The notes under the pieces: model-generated
Seen by the model: the letters and a program-made list of their open reading frames with translations, nothing else
The model's database searches: none
Told to the model about the DNA's origin: nothing
Position numbers and translations under genes: made by a program
NCBI GenBank assembly: GCA_942491525.1
Contig: CALOBW010000055.1
Coordinates: 328,106 to 392,105, forward strand
Origin: an uncultured Thermodesulfobacteriota bacterium
GTDB taxonomy: Bacteria; Desulfobacterota; Desulfomonilia; UBA1062
Length of the DNA stretch: 64,000 nucleotides
Direction of reading: 5' to 3'
Shown here: one piece after another, positions 1-9,156 of the stretch
Numbering within the stretch: the stretch's first letter is position 1
How the letters are laid out: each line of letters starts with the position of its first letter

Positions 1-497
1 TTCGACATGCGGAAGATCACTTCGGGCTGCAGCTTCTCGGGCAGATTGCGGATGATCTGGGCCACCTGGCCGTAGTCGAGGTGGGCCAGGACCAGGGCGA
101 TTGTCTGGGGGTGCTCGCCCTTGAGATAGTCCACCAGCAGGGCCGCATCCACGTGACGCAGGGATGAGAAGGCGGTGCGGTCGGTGGCCTGGTTGATGGA
201 GTCGATGATCGGCTTGGCGCGATCTTCGCCCAGGGCCTCGACCAGGGCCGTCTCAAGGAAGTCCATGCCCTTGCCGGTGACGCCGCTGACCTTTTGGCTG
301 ACATCTTGGAACTCCTGCATGACGCTCTGGACCGTGTGTACCGGAATGGTGATGTCTTCCAGATTGGCCATCTCTTTGCCGAGCTGTCTGATTTCGTAAC
401 TGTTTAATCCCTTGAGGATGTCCTTGGCAAAGGAATCTCCCATAGCCATCAGAAGGATGGCTGCCTTTTTGGCTCCGTATAGTTCATCTTTTGGCAT
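1..497 (-). CDS. fliG: Flagellar motor switch protein FliG, N-terminal part; the gene continues off the window
   Basis: Minus-strand translation from ATG (complement of 495-497) gives MPKDELYGAKKAAILLMAMGDSFAKDILKGLNSYEIRQLG..., a typical FliG N-terminus. The ATGA overlap with the fliF stop marks translational coupling. The tabulated ORF 17..304 is in a different frame and was discarded. Confidence 0.8.
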   Translation of the reverse strand, partial: MPKDELYGAKKAAILLMAMGDSFAKDILKGLNSYEIRQLGKEMANLEDITIPVHTVQSVMQEFQDVSQKVSGVTGKGMDFLETALVEALGEDRAKPIIDSINQATDRTAFSSLRHVDAALLVDYLKGEHPQTIALVLAHLDYGQVAQIIRNLPEKLQPEVIFRMS

Positions 498-2131
498 CAG
501 CCGTTCTCCTGTAGCCATGCCTTAATGACGGCAGTTGCGCTCGCGGAATCATTGTCTTTTATTATTTCGATAACTTCACGCTCATTTTGGATCACTTCAC
601 GCATATCTTCGGTCATGGAGAGGGCCTTGACCTTGTTGGTCTCGCGCTCCAGCTCCTTGCGCGCGCGCTCCTCCTCGGCCGCGGTAAGCTGAGCTTCGGC
701 CTGCTCGGGGGAGGGCTTCTCTTCGGGCTTGGCGCTGACCGTGAACCACTTCATGATCGGGCGCACGATGAAGAGCAGCACTATCAGGATGATGATGGCC
801 GCTGGTATGTAGCGCACGGAGTCCATCAGGCTGTCCTGCAGCCTGGTTTTGATGGAGGCTGAGGCCATCTGCATATCTCCCTGGGCGAAGGGCATGGAGG
901 AGACCGAGATCAGGTCTTCGCGGTCGGCGCTGTAACCCACGGCGTTCTTGACGGCCTCTTCGATGGTTCGCAGTTCGGCGTCGCTGCGGGGCTGGAAGAC
1001 GGACTTGCCGTCCTCGTCCTTGGTGTAGGTGCCGTCGACCACAACCGAGATGGTCAGGCGTGATATTTCACCCGGGGACTGGATGATCTCGGTCTGATTG
1101 CGGCTGATCTCATAGTTGCGGATGATGTTGGAGCTGCCGCTGTCGGCACTGTCCGGAATGTTCATGGCGCCGCCGCGGCCGGTCGGCAGATTGGACTGGG
1201 TGCCGGGAATGCCGCCTACGTTGCCGTCACTGCCGGCAAACTTGCTGTTGAGCTCCTCGCTTCTGACCACCTGCAGTTCGGGGTCGTACTCATCGCGCAC
1301 GCTCTTGATCATGTCCATGTTGACGGTGGCGCTGACCTTGACGATTGCGCCGCCGGGGCCGACGATCTTCTCCAGAATCTCCTGGGCCCGCCGCTCGAGC
1401 ATGCTCTCGGTGGTGCTCTTGATCTCGAGGCGGTTGCTGGCGAAGGCGGCGGCGGACTCCTCGTCCTGGCCCTCGTAGAGCACGCGGCCGCGGACGTCGA
1501 CGATGGAGATGTTCTGCTGATCAAGGCCGCGCACGCTTTTGGCCACCAGGAAGACGATGCCCTGGACCTGGTTGGCGTTCAGCCGTTTGCCGGCGCGGGG
1601 CTGGAGCACGATGGAGGCCTTGGCCGGCTGCTCATCTTCGATGAAGACGCTCTCCTTGGGCAGCACGATGTGCACGCGGGCATAATCTATCTCGTCCATG
1701 GATGAGATGGTCTTGGCCAGCTCATTCTGCAGGGCGCGCTGATAGTTGATCTTCTGGACAAATTCAGAGGTGGAGAAACCGGTCTCATCAAAGATTGAGA
1801 ATCCGTCGCCGGTGCCGCCCTTGGGCAGGCCCTGGGCAGCCAGCTGCAGACGGGTTTCATAGACCTGCTTTTCGGGAATCTGGATGGCGGTGCCGCCCTT
1901 GACCAGTTTGTAGGGGATGCGGTTTTCCTTCAGGTTCTGCAGGATCAGGGAGGCATCGGTTTCATCCAGGTTGGTGAAGAGGTACTGATAGGTGGGGGCC
2001 ATGGCCCACATCATGCTGACGGTCATGGCGGCGATTGCGAGGGCCACCATGGCCACCAGGCCGACCTTGCGGCTGGTGTCGAGAGCTTTGAATTTCTCCT
2101 GAATCTGGGTGATGAATTCTTGCGGTGTCAT
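497..2131 (-). CDS. fliF: Flagellar M-ring protein FliF
   Basis: 544 aa with an N-terminal TM segment, a large periplasmic region and a C-terminal TM plus acidic tail. It sits upstream of fliG and downstream of fliE. Confidence 0.88.
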   Translation of the reverse strand: MTPQEFITQIQEKFKALDTSRKVGLVAMVALAIAAMTVSMMWAMAPTYQYLFTNLDETDASLILQNLKENRIPYKLVKGGTAIQIPEKQVYETRLQLAAQGLPKGGTGDGFSIFDETGFSTSEFVQKINYQRALQNELAKTISSMDEIDYARVHIVLPKESVFIEDEQPAKASIVLQPRAGKRLNANQVQGIVFLVAKSVRGLDQQNISIVDVRGRVLYEGQDEESAAAFASNRLEIKSTTESMLERRAQEILEKIVGPGGAIVKVSATVNMDMIKSVRDEYDPELQVVRSEELNSKFAGSDGNVGGIPGTQSNLPTGRGGAMNIPDSADSGSSNIIRNYEISRNQTEIIQSPGEISRLTISVVVDGTYTKDEDGKSVFQPRSDAELRTIEEAVKNAVGYSADREDLISVSSMPFAQGDMQMASASIKTRLQDSLMDSVRYIPAAIIILIVLLFIVRPIMKWFTVSAKPEEKPSPEQAEAQLTAAEEERARKELERETNKVKALSMTEDMREVIQNEREVIEIIKDNDSASATAVIKAWLQENG

Positions 2132-2415
2132 GCGATTCTCATCAGTTCCTTATAGCCTTCTAGAATTTTGTTGGTGGCCTTGACCATGAACTGGACCGAG
2201 ACGCTTGATTTCTGCATGGTGACCATGGCCTCATGGATGTTGGTCGACTGGCCGGTGGCCAGCTCCATGGAGGCCTTATGGGAGGCCTGAGAGGCCTGAT
2301 TGGTCGCGCGGAGGGCGTCGTTCAGGGTGTCGGCAAAGCTGGTGTCGGTGCTTTTCTGCTGGTTCTGCTGCGCGATGCTAGGAATGGATGTGTCGAGAGT
2401 TGATGTTATCTTCAT
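2128..2415 (-). CDS. fliE: Flagellar hook-basal body complex protein FliE
   Basis: 95 aa small protein between flgC and fliF. The C-terminal ...VQFMVKATNKILEGYKELMRI resembles FliE. It overlaps fliF by 4 nt. Confidence 0.75.
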   Translation of the reverse strand: MKITSTLDTSIPSIAQQNQQKSTDTSFADTLNDALRATNQASQASHKASMELATGQSTNIHEAMVTMQKSSVSVQFMVKATNKILEGYKELMRIA

Positions 2416-2819
2416 TAGTTACTCCCTATGGACAGGGCCCGCATGGCCATGTCTTTCTGGGCTTTGATGGCCGTGGTGTTGGCTTCGAAGGCGCGGTTGG
2501 CGCTCATCATGTTGACCATCTCCTCCATCATGTTGACGTTGGGCATGGCCACCATGCCGTCCTCATTGGCATCGGGGTGGCTGGGATTGTAGATCATCTG
2601 GGGTTGCTGATCATCCTCGATGACTTCGGATGCCTCGACGCCGGCCAGCACCTCGTCAAAACGGTTGGTGGTGAAGACGACATCCTGACGCTTGTAGGGG
2701 CCGCCCTCTTCGGTGCGGGTCGTCTGGGCATTGGCGATGTTGGATGAGATGGAGTTAAGCCTGGTGCGCTGGGCCCGCAGGCCGCTGGCGGAAATATCCA
2801 TTGCGGTAAAGAGATCCAT
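2415..2819 (-). CDS. flgC: Flagellar basal-body rod protein FlgC
   Basis: 134 aa. The N-terminal MDLFTAMDISASGLRAQRTRLNSISSNIANAQTT and C-terminal ANEDGMVAMPNVNMMEEMVNMMSANRAFEAN are conserved FlgC motifs. Confidence 0.9.
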   Translation of the reverse strand: MDLFTAMDISASGLRAQRTRLNSISSNIANAQTTRTEEGGPYKRQDVVFTTNRFDEVLAGVEASEVIEDDQQPQMIYNPSHPDANEDGMVAMPNVNMMEEMVNMMSANRAFEANTTAIKAQKDMAMRALSIGSN

Positions 2820-3202
2820 TAGGCGATACCTCGAATGGCCTCTTTGAGGCCTTTAATTTTATTGGCGAGATCCTGGGAGGCTGCATTGTAGAGCAGCTGG
2901 TTCTGGGCCAGTTTCATCATTTCACGGTCGATATCAACGGTGTTGCCGTCGTTGCCGATGCGGCCGTGGGGGTCGCTGAAGCTTTCATAGGCCTTGATTG
3001 CGGCGCGGCTGGAGTGCTTGTGCGCCGGGTTGGTGGTGCTCAGCTGCAGGCGGCTTTCGAACTCCTGCTCAAAGCTGATGTCCTGGGCCTTGTAGCCCGG
3101 GGTGTCCACATTGGCAACGTTGCTGGAGATGACTCCCTGCCTGGTCAGGCGGTAGTCCATCACTTCCTTGAGGCTGTTTATCTTGTCAAATATTCCGGCC
3201 AT
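2819..3202 (-). CDS. flgB: Flagellar basal-body rod protein FlgB
   Basis: 127 aa with the N-terminal rod motif ...LTRQGVISSNVANVDTPGYKAQDISF. RBS AGGAGG lies 6 nt upstream of the ATG. It is the first gene of the flgBC-fliEFG operon. Confidence 0.88.
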   Translation of the reverse strand: MAGIFDKINSLKEVMDYRLTRQGVISSNVANVDTPGYKAQDISFEQEFESRLQLSTTNPAHKHSSRAAIKAYESFSDPHGRIGNDGNTVDIDREMMKLAQNQLLYNAASQDLANKIKGLKEAIRGIA

Positions 3203-3225
3203 GCCACTCCTCCTGGGGGCATTAA

Positions 3226-3241
3226 AGCAAAGGTTATACCA
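3226..3241 (-). promoter_or_regulatory. Candidate sigma-54 (-24/-12) promoter for flgB-flgC-fliE-fliF-fliG
   Basis: The minus strand reads TGGTAT-AACCT-TTGCT with correct GG-N10-GC spacing. The expected transcription start is about 12 nt upstream of the flgB RBS. Confidence 0.35.
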
Positions 3242-3390
3242 ATGCTGGGGTATGCTTGGGGCCCAATGGGCCTTCTTGAGGTTAAATATCCTAATTTATT
3301 GATTTTTTATTGAAAGATTGAATGGTGATTGGCGGGGCGTTTGAGGATGAACTTTTGGTAAGAGGTTCATCCTCATGCTTTCAAGCGAGA

Positions 3391-4680
3391 TCAGGTGTCG
3401 GAAAATTGACCATTCTGCTTGTATTCATTAAGTTTGTTGCGCAGGGTGCGGATGCTGATGCCGAGCAGTTCGGCGGCCCTGGTGCGGTTGCCGTCAACAT
3501 CGCCAAGGGTAGATATGATCAGGCGGCGCTCCATCTCATGGATGGTTGTGCCGGGGGCGGAATCGGTGTTTGCCGGACTGGTCTGGCCGCTGAGCATGAT
3601 GTTGTCGACGTCAATTGTTTGACCATCGCAGAGGATGATGGCGCGTTCCATCACATTTTCCAGTTCACGTACGTTGCCGGGCCAGGCGTAGCTCAAGAGG
3701 GCATCTTTTGCCGCGCCGGAGAGCTCTTTGGGCGGCAGATCTTCCCGTCTGGAAATTTTAGCGATGAAGTGCTCGGCCAGGGGGAGGATGTCGTTCTTGC
3801 GCTCCCTGAGGGGCGGCACCTTGATGGGGATGACATTGAGGCGGAAGTAGAGGTCGTTTCTGAAGTTGCCGGCCTGGATCTCGCTCTCGATGTCGCGGTT
3901 GGTGGTGGCGATGACGCGGAAGTCCACATTGGTGGGCGCCTTGGCGCCGACGCGGTCGACCTGCTTCTCCTGCAGCACGCGCAGTAGCTTGGCCTGCAGG
4001 CCCATGCTGATCTCGGTGATCTCGTCCAGCAGGATGGTGCCGCCGTCGGCCTGCTCGAATTTGCCGACGCGCTGGGCGTAGGCGCCGGTGAAGGCTCCCT
4101 TCTCGTAACCGAAGAGCTCGCTTTCCAGCAGGGTGTCGGGGATGGCGGCCAGGTTGATGCCCACATAGGGCGCACTGCTGCGCTTGCTCTGGTTGTGGAT
4201 GTAGCGCGCGATGACCTCCTTGCCGGTGCCGGACTCTCCCTGGATCAGCACCGGGGCCTGGGTTGGAGCAACCTTGTCCAGGATGCGGATGATGTGCTGC
4301 ATGGTCGGGTCGTGGGCAATGAAGGCCTTGTCGTCCCTCTTGGGCGCGCTCTTTCTGTCCAGGGTGCTGATGGCATCGCGGATATCCTCGGCCCTGAAGG
4401 GCTTCTTGAGATAGTGGGCGGCCCCGACTTTGATGAAACGGGCGCTGTCGGAGGCGTGCCCGATGGCGATGGTCTCAATCTCAGGGTAGACCTGCTTGGT
4501 GCCCTCGAGGACATCGAAGAAGTCTTCGGCGATGATGGCCACGCTGTGGTTCTTGGGGTTGATGGCATCCAGAAAGCGGTCTTTGTCGCTGAACGGGGCC
4601 GGGGTGCGCCCCATGTCGGCAATCAGTTCGCTCAAGATGTTAACGGTTTCATTATCCGGGTCCAGGATGGCAATGGACAT
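3391..4680 (-). CDS. Sigma-54-dependent transcriptional activator with degenerate N-terminal receiver domain (FleQ/FlrA-like)
   Basis: An AAA+ sigma-54 interaction domain (GESGTGKE, GAFTGA, ...RVIATTNRDI...) and a C-terminal HTH are present. The N-terminal domain is REC-like but lacks a convincing acidic pocket and phospho-acceptor. It lies adjacent to the flagellar operon. Confidence 0.75.
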   Translation of the reverse strand: MSIAILDPDNETVNILSELIADMGRTPAPFSDKDRFLDAINPKNHSVAIIAEDFFDVLEGTKQVYPEIETIAIGHASDSARFIKVGAAHYLKKPFRAEDIRDAISTLDRKSAPKRDDKAFIAHDPTMQHIIRILDKVAPTQAPVLIQGESGTGKEVIARYIHNQSKRSSAPYVGINLAAIPDTLLESELFGYEKGAFTGAYAQRVGKFEQADGGTILLDEITEISMGLQAKLLRVLQEKQVDRVGAKAPTNVDFRVIATTNRDIESEIQAGNFRNDLYFRLNVIPIKVPPLRERKNDILPLAEHFIAKISRREDLPPKELSGAAKDALLSYAWPGNVRELENVMERAIILCDGQTIDVDNIMLSGQTSPANTDSAPGTTIHEMERRLIISTLGDVDGNRTRAAELLGISIRTLRNKLNEYKQNGQFSDT

Positions 4681-4682
4681 TG

Positions 4683-7313
4683 TTACTCTCCCTCAAACCT
4701 GCTTTTTTTCTGGTTGTATGCCTCAACCTGGCCCTGCAGGGCAATGTTGTTGAGGGCAAATCTGGCGGCACTCAACAGGGTCTCGTTGGTGCTGTTCTGG
4801 ATGACCTGGTTCAGGAGCGCAGCGGCATCCTGGTAGTTCTGGCTGGCGCTTTCGAGGCCCGCCAGTTCGTAGATGGCCCACCACTTATAGCTTGACTGGG
4901 GATACTCCTCGATCAGGCTGTTGTAGAGTTCGCGGGCCCGGTTCAGGTTGCCGGCCTCTTTAAGCTGGCCGGCCCTCAGGTAGAGGCTCTTCTCAATGAT
5001 CGGGGACTGCAGGCTCGACTTGAGGCTGATGATGCGGTCCAGGGTGGCGGCCTCCAGCCCGGCCTCTCCGGTGCGGCGGTAGATGTCGGCCAGTTTGGAG
5101 AGGTTGTTGAGGCCCTGCTCATCGCGGCTGCGTGAGAGCGGCTGCAGGAACTTGGCGGCCTCATCAAGCTGGCCGAGGCGGTAGAGCAGATCGCCGCGGG
5201 CGTTCTTGACCGCATTGATCCACTCCCCTGCGGGATAATCCGCCAGATAGAGTGTGTTCCATCTGAGGGCGCCGGCCAGATCGCTGGCTTCGAAGTCAAT
5301 TTTAAAGAGCAGCCAGAGGGCTTTTTCGCGGTAGGTGCTGTCATTGGCCACGTAGTTGCTGAGCAGCTCCTTGGCCGGTTCAAGATTGTTTTGCTCAAAC
5401 ATGGAGAGGCCGATGAAGTAGATGATTCTGTAATCCTTGATGTCGGAGAGGAAGCTGTCCTGATAGAGGCGGTAGAGTTCGTGGATCTGTTCGTAATCCT
5501 GCTTCTCAAAGAGGACTTCAATGCGTTCGAGCATGCTGGTCTGGGCCTCGGCCATGGCGTAGTTGTGGACCGGGGAGTTCTTTTTGGTGTCGATCCAGGC
5601 CTTGTAGTAGGCGGCGAAGGAGTCGTTCCAGTCGTGGTGGCGGGCGTAGGTCTGAGCGATGCGCACCTTGACGATGGCCTCCAGCGGGCTCTCCTGCTCC
5701 TCGCTGGGAATTTCGATGGTCTCGTAGATGTCCAGGACCTGATAGAAGGTGCTGTCCGAGAGGACATCATTTTGCGCCAGATCCTGCTCCGTGAGGATGT
5801 TGGCCGTCCGCAGTTTGGCAATTACGTTGCTGTCGGAGCGCGGCGAGATATTTTCCACTTCGGCGAAGATGTGCAGGGCGCGTTTGGAGTCGCCGAGGTT
5901 GTGCAGGGTGTCGCCCAGGCGCACCAGGTAGCGGTCCCGCTTGCCCGGATGGCCGAGGTTGATGGCCTTGATGTAGAGATCGTGGGCGGTCTGGAAGTCC
6001 TCCATCTTGAAGGCGGCCTCGGCCATGCGCCCATAGAGGGTCGGGTCGTGGATGAAGATCTCTGGATCGGCCTGCATGGCGCTGCGGTAGCGCTGCATGG
6101 CCTTGTCGTAGGCATTCAGTCCCATGTAGGTGTCGCCCAGGATGCCGAGGTATTGAGCCTCGAGCTCTTCGGGGACGCGTTCAAATGCCTTGAGCATGCG
6201 CTGGTTGCCGACAAAGGCATCGTCAAACTTCTCCTGCAGGTTGAGCATGGCAATCTCGAGGACGTGGCCCTCAATGGCAACTTTGTCTTCGGGCGAATCC
6301 TTGAGGTAACGGACATACTTGCGCATGTTGTTGGGCCTTTCGGCCAGCATCAGCATCTTTGTCAGGATCAGCATCTGCTGGTCGCGGGTCGGATCGGGGG
6401 CCATGTTGTTGATGCCGTCGGTCATCAGCTCGATGGCCTCCTCCAGCAGTTCGGGAGATCCCTGGGGATAGGCCGTGTCCCAGTAGGCCCGGCCGAGCAG
6501 GGCCTGCTCGCGGGGGTAGAGCAGCAGTTTGTGCGGCTCGAGGATGTCGATGCAGGCGGCCGTGTCGCCGCCGCTGAAGGCTTTGAGCGCCATGATGTAG
6601 CGCTCGTCGGGCTGCATTTCGCGCATGGCCAGGATGTCGAGCACGATCCGGCTGCTGAGTCTGAGCGGTGTGACCTCAATGGCGGCGTCCTTGGTGGCGC
6701 TGAAGACAAAGGTGGTGCCCCTGTTCTGCATGCCGAAGGTGCCGGCGAACTCCAGGTTGGGGATTGTGTGCAGCCGATTCAGGGCCCGGTTGCAGTCGAA
6801 GTCGCCGTCAAAGATCAGGTAGATCATATTGTTGTATTGGCGGATGCGCGGAAAGGCATCATCGGCCAGCTGGATTGTGACGGAGACGCCGCCGGTCTTG
6901 GTCTGGGCCTCAATGCTTTCGATGGGGCAGGGCAGGGCCCTGGGACGCGTGCCCGTGATGTCGATCACCCAGCGGGACGGCTTCTTGAGCAGAAAGGATT
7001 CGTAGGTGAACTCATCATTGAGCATGATGCGGGCTGTCTGGCCGTCATAATCGATGTTGTTGATCAGGAAGAAGTCATCGATGCGGATCGGCTGGCCGAC
7101 CTTGTTGGAAAATTTGACGATCAGGTTGTTATTCTGTTTGGTTTCCTGTGGCGTGATATTGTAGGGCAGCTGGAAAACTACCCGCACCTTGTTGTCTGAT
7201 CCGCCCACGCGGATGCTCTCGGCCCGGGCCGTAAACGCGGGGCAGAGCAGGAGCAGCGCGATCCCGGCGGCCAGAGCTGTATGCAATCTGATGGTGTCCT
7301 TAACTCTCTTCAT
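4683..7313 (-). CDS. Secreted tetratricopeptide-repeat (TPR) protein, 876 aa
   Basis: N-terminal signal peptide (MKRVKDTIRLHTALAAGIALLLLCPAFTARA). Many TPR-like helical repeats. Its stop is 2 nt before the downstream sigma-54 activator start. Confidence 0.7.
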   Translation of the reverse strand: MKRVKDTIRLHTALAAGIALLLLCPAFTARAESIRVGGSDNKVRVVFQLPYNITPQETKQNNNLIVKFSNKVGQPIRIDDFFLINNIDYDGQTARIMLNDEFTYESFLLKKPSRWVIDITGTRPRALPCPIESIEAQTKTGGVSVTIQLADDAFPRIRQYNNMIYLIFDGDFDCNRALNRLHTIPNLEFAGTFGMQNRGTTFVFSATKDAAIEVTPLRLSSRIVLDILAMREMQPDERYIMALKAFSGGDTAACIDILEPHKLLLYPREQALLGRAYWDTAYPQGSPELLEEAIELMTDGINNMAPDPTRDQQMLILTKMLMLAERPNNMRKYVRYLKDSPEDKVAIEGHVLEIAMLNLQEKFDDAFVGNQRMLKAFERVPEELEAQYLGILGDTYMGLNAYDKAMQRYRSAMQADPEIFIHDPTLYGRMAEAAFKMEDFQTAHDLYIKAINLGHPGKRDRYLVRLGDTLHNLGDSKRALHIFAEVENISPRSDSNVIAKLRTANILTEQDLAQNDVLSDSTFYQVLDIYETIEIPSEEQESPLEAIVKVRIAQTYARHHDWNDSFAAYYKAWIDTKKNSPVHNYAMAEAQTSMLERIEVLFEKQDYEQIHELYRLYQDSFLSDIKDYRIIYFIGLSMFEQNNLEPAKELLSNYVANDSTYREKALWLLFKIDFEASDLAGALRWNTLYLADYPAGEWINAVKNARGDLLYRLGQLDEAAKFLQPLSRSRDEQGLNNLSKLADIYRRTGEAGLEAATLDRIISLKSSLQSPIIEKSLYLRAGQLKEAGNLNRARELYNSLIEEYPQSSYKWWAIYELAGLESASQNYQDAAALLNQVIQNSTNETLLSAARFALNNIALQGQVEAYNQKKSRFEGE

Positions 7314-7382
7314 AATGATCTCTCAGGCAGAGAATACAACATCCATGCCATCTAAGATAGGGGAGAGGCTGAAGGATAGCAA

Positions 7383-8753
7383 TCAGTTGACGGTGGCCTC
7401 TGGTTTCTGCAGGTTCTGTTTCTTGATCTTCTCTACCAGGGTGGTGCGGTTGACCTTGAGCAGCTGGGCGGCGCGGTTCTTGACCCAGTTGGTCTTGTTG
7501 AGGGCCTGGACAATGATGTCGCGTTCAAATTCACTGACAGCGATGGAGAGGTCGATGCCGTCATCGGGCAGTTCCAGACGCGGTACCGCAGAAGGGGCTT
7601 CGTAGGTGTGGCAGGATATCTTGTCGGGCAGGTCCCTGAGTTCAACGACTGGGCCGTCACACAGGACGCTCAGCCGCTCGATCAGATTTTCGAGCTCGCG
7701 GACGTTGCCGGGCCACTGGTAGCTGTTGAGCGCGCCCAGGCACTGCTCGCTGAAGTCTGTGATGGAGCCGCTGCGGCTCTGCAGAAAGTGCTGGGCCAGC
7801 AGGGTTACATCGCCGGTGCGCTCCCGGAGGGGGGGCAGGTCTATCGGGATAACGTTGAGGCGGTAGTAGAGATCTTCGCGGAAGCGGCCGGCCGCCACCT
7901 CCTCCTCCAGATTCTTGTTGGTGGCGGCGATGATGCGCACGTCGGCCTTGATGGAACTGACGCCGCCCACGCGCTCAAACTCCTTCTCCTGGATGACGCG
8001 CAGCAGCTTGACCTGCAGGGTCGGGCTCATCTCGCCGATCTCGTCCAGAAAGATGCTGCCGCCGCCGGCCAGTTCGAAACGGCCGATGCGGGTGCGGAAG
8101 GCGCCGGTGAAGGCCCCTTTTTCGTGGCCGAAAAGTTCGCTCTCCAGCAGCTCTTCGGGGATGGCGCCGCAGTTGACCGGTACGAACGGCCCGTCGGCGC
8201 GGCCGGAGTTGAAGTGGGTGGCGCGGGCCACCAGCTCTTTGCCGGTGCCGCTTTCGCCCAGGATCAGGATGGTGGAGTCGGAAGATGCCACGCGGCTGAT
8301 CAGGTCGAAGACCCTCTTCATTTTGGATGAGGACCCGACAATATTATCAAATGTGTAGAGCTGCTTGAGCTCCTCTTTTTGCTCGTCGCGGGAGGTCTGC
8401 ACATTCAGGTATTCGATGGCTTCATTGGCCGCCGCGGTGATTGTCTCGGGGGTGAAGGGCTTCTCGATATAGTCAAAGGCGCCCATCTTCATGGCATCCA
8501 CGGCCACCTGGACAGAGCTCTTGTCGGCGTAGATGATAATCAGGCAGCCGGAATCTCTCAGGATCTTGAAAGACTGCAGGGCGTGGGCTTCATCAAAGTT
8601 GATCAGGGCCAGCTGGAAGTTTTTCTCGGCCAGTCGCGGATCCTGACTGTTTGAGGCTCCTTCAACTTTAAGGGTGCGGCTGCTTAGGATATCGGAGAGG
8701 TGTTCCCGGGTCTGGGCGTCATTGTCAACTATCAGTGTATTGTAGCCATTCAT
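7383..8753 (-). CDS. Sigma-54-dependent two-component response regulator (NtrC/FlrC family)
   Basis: REC domain (LIVDND...LALINFDEAH), AAA+ sigma-54 domain (GESGTGKE, GAFTGA) and C-terminal HTH. The start was moved to ATG MNGYNTL (8753) because the tabulated start lies inside a terminator hairpin. Confidence 0.8.
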   Translation of the reverse strand: MNGYNTLIVDNDAQTREHLSDILSSRTLKVEGASNSQDPRLAEKNFQLALINFDEAHALQSFKILRDSGCLIIIYADKSSVQVAVDAMKMGAFDYIEKPFTPETITAAANEAIEYLNVQTSRDEQKEELKQLYTFDNIVGSSSKMKRVFDLISRVASSDSTILILGESGTGKELVARATHFNSGRADGPFVPVNCGAIPEELLESELFGHEKGAFTGAFRTRIGRFELAGGGSIFLDEIGEMSPTLQVKLLRVIQEKEFERVGGVSSIKADVRIIAATNKNLEEEVAAGRFREDLYYRLNVIPIDLPPLRERTGDVTLLAQHFLQSRSGSITDFSEQCLGALNSYQWPGNVRELENLIERLSVLCDGPVVELRDLPDKISCHTYEAPSAVPRLELPDDGIDLSIAVSEFERDIIVQALNKTNWVKNRAAQLLKVNRTTLVEKIKKQNLQKPEATVN

Positions 8754-8773
8754 CAAAGAGAGGCTAGCACAAT

Positions 8774-8810
8774 AAAAAACGAGCGTCAATATTTAGACGC
8801 TCGCTTTTTG
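8774..8810 (-). terminator. Rho-independent (bidirectional) terminator downstream of the IHF/HU gene
   Basis: Stem CGAGCGTC / GACGCTCG with an 8-nt loop, flanked by an A6 run and a T5 run. Confidence 0.6.
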
Positions 8811-8825
8811 TTGATTTTTAAATAA

Positions 8826-9104
8826 TTATTCGGAGTTTACGCGGTCACGCATATCCTTGCCGGTCTTGAAAAAAGGCAGGCGTTTTGACTCGACCTGGAT
8901 TTTTTCACCGCTCTTGGGGTTGCGGCCGGTGTAGGGCTTGTAATCACGCATTACAAAACTGCCGAATCCACGAATCTCTACGCGGCGATTCTCTTTCATA
9001 GCGTCGATCATGGAGTTGAGTATTGTATTGACAACGGCTTCGGCTTTTTTGGGATGCAGGGCCATGCGCATTGAGAGTTCTTCTATCAATTCGGACTTAT
9101 TCAT
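8826..9104 (-). CDS. ihfB: HU/IHF family DNA-binding protein, likely integration host factor beta subunit
   Basis: 92 aa: MNKSELIEELS...RGFGSF...GRNPKSGE...RLPFFKTGK, the typical IHF-beta/HU fold signature. Confidence 0.8.
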   Translation of the reverse strand: MNKSELIEELSMRMALHPKKAEAVVNTILNSMIDAMKENRRVEIRGFGSFVMRDYKPYTGRNPKSGEKIQVESKRLPFFKTGKDMRDRVNSE

Positions 9105-9156
9105 TTTTTCCTCCTGGCTAATAATAGTTTAAGATATAAGTACAATGAATACCAAG

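Noticed and set aside
17..304. 95-aa ORF at the left edge on the minus strand
   Set aside because: Wrong frame. The same strand, read in the frame that starts at ATG 495-497, gives an unmistakable FliG N-terminus.
5391..7199. 602-aa ORF on the plus strand, fully inside the minus-strand TPR gene. Similar long antisense ORFs occur at 30646..31842, 33289..34407, 49786..50829, 29260..30132, 7608..8330, 16649..17305 and 53541..53741.
   Set aside because: High-GC genomes generate long stop-free antisense frames. These have Gly/Ala/Val/Asp-rich low-complexity translations and no motifs, and they overlap genes with clear homology-type signatures.
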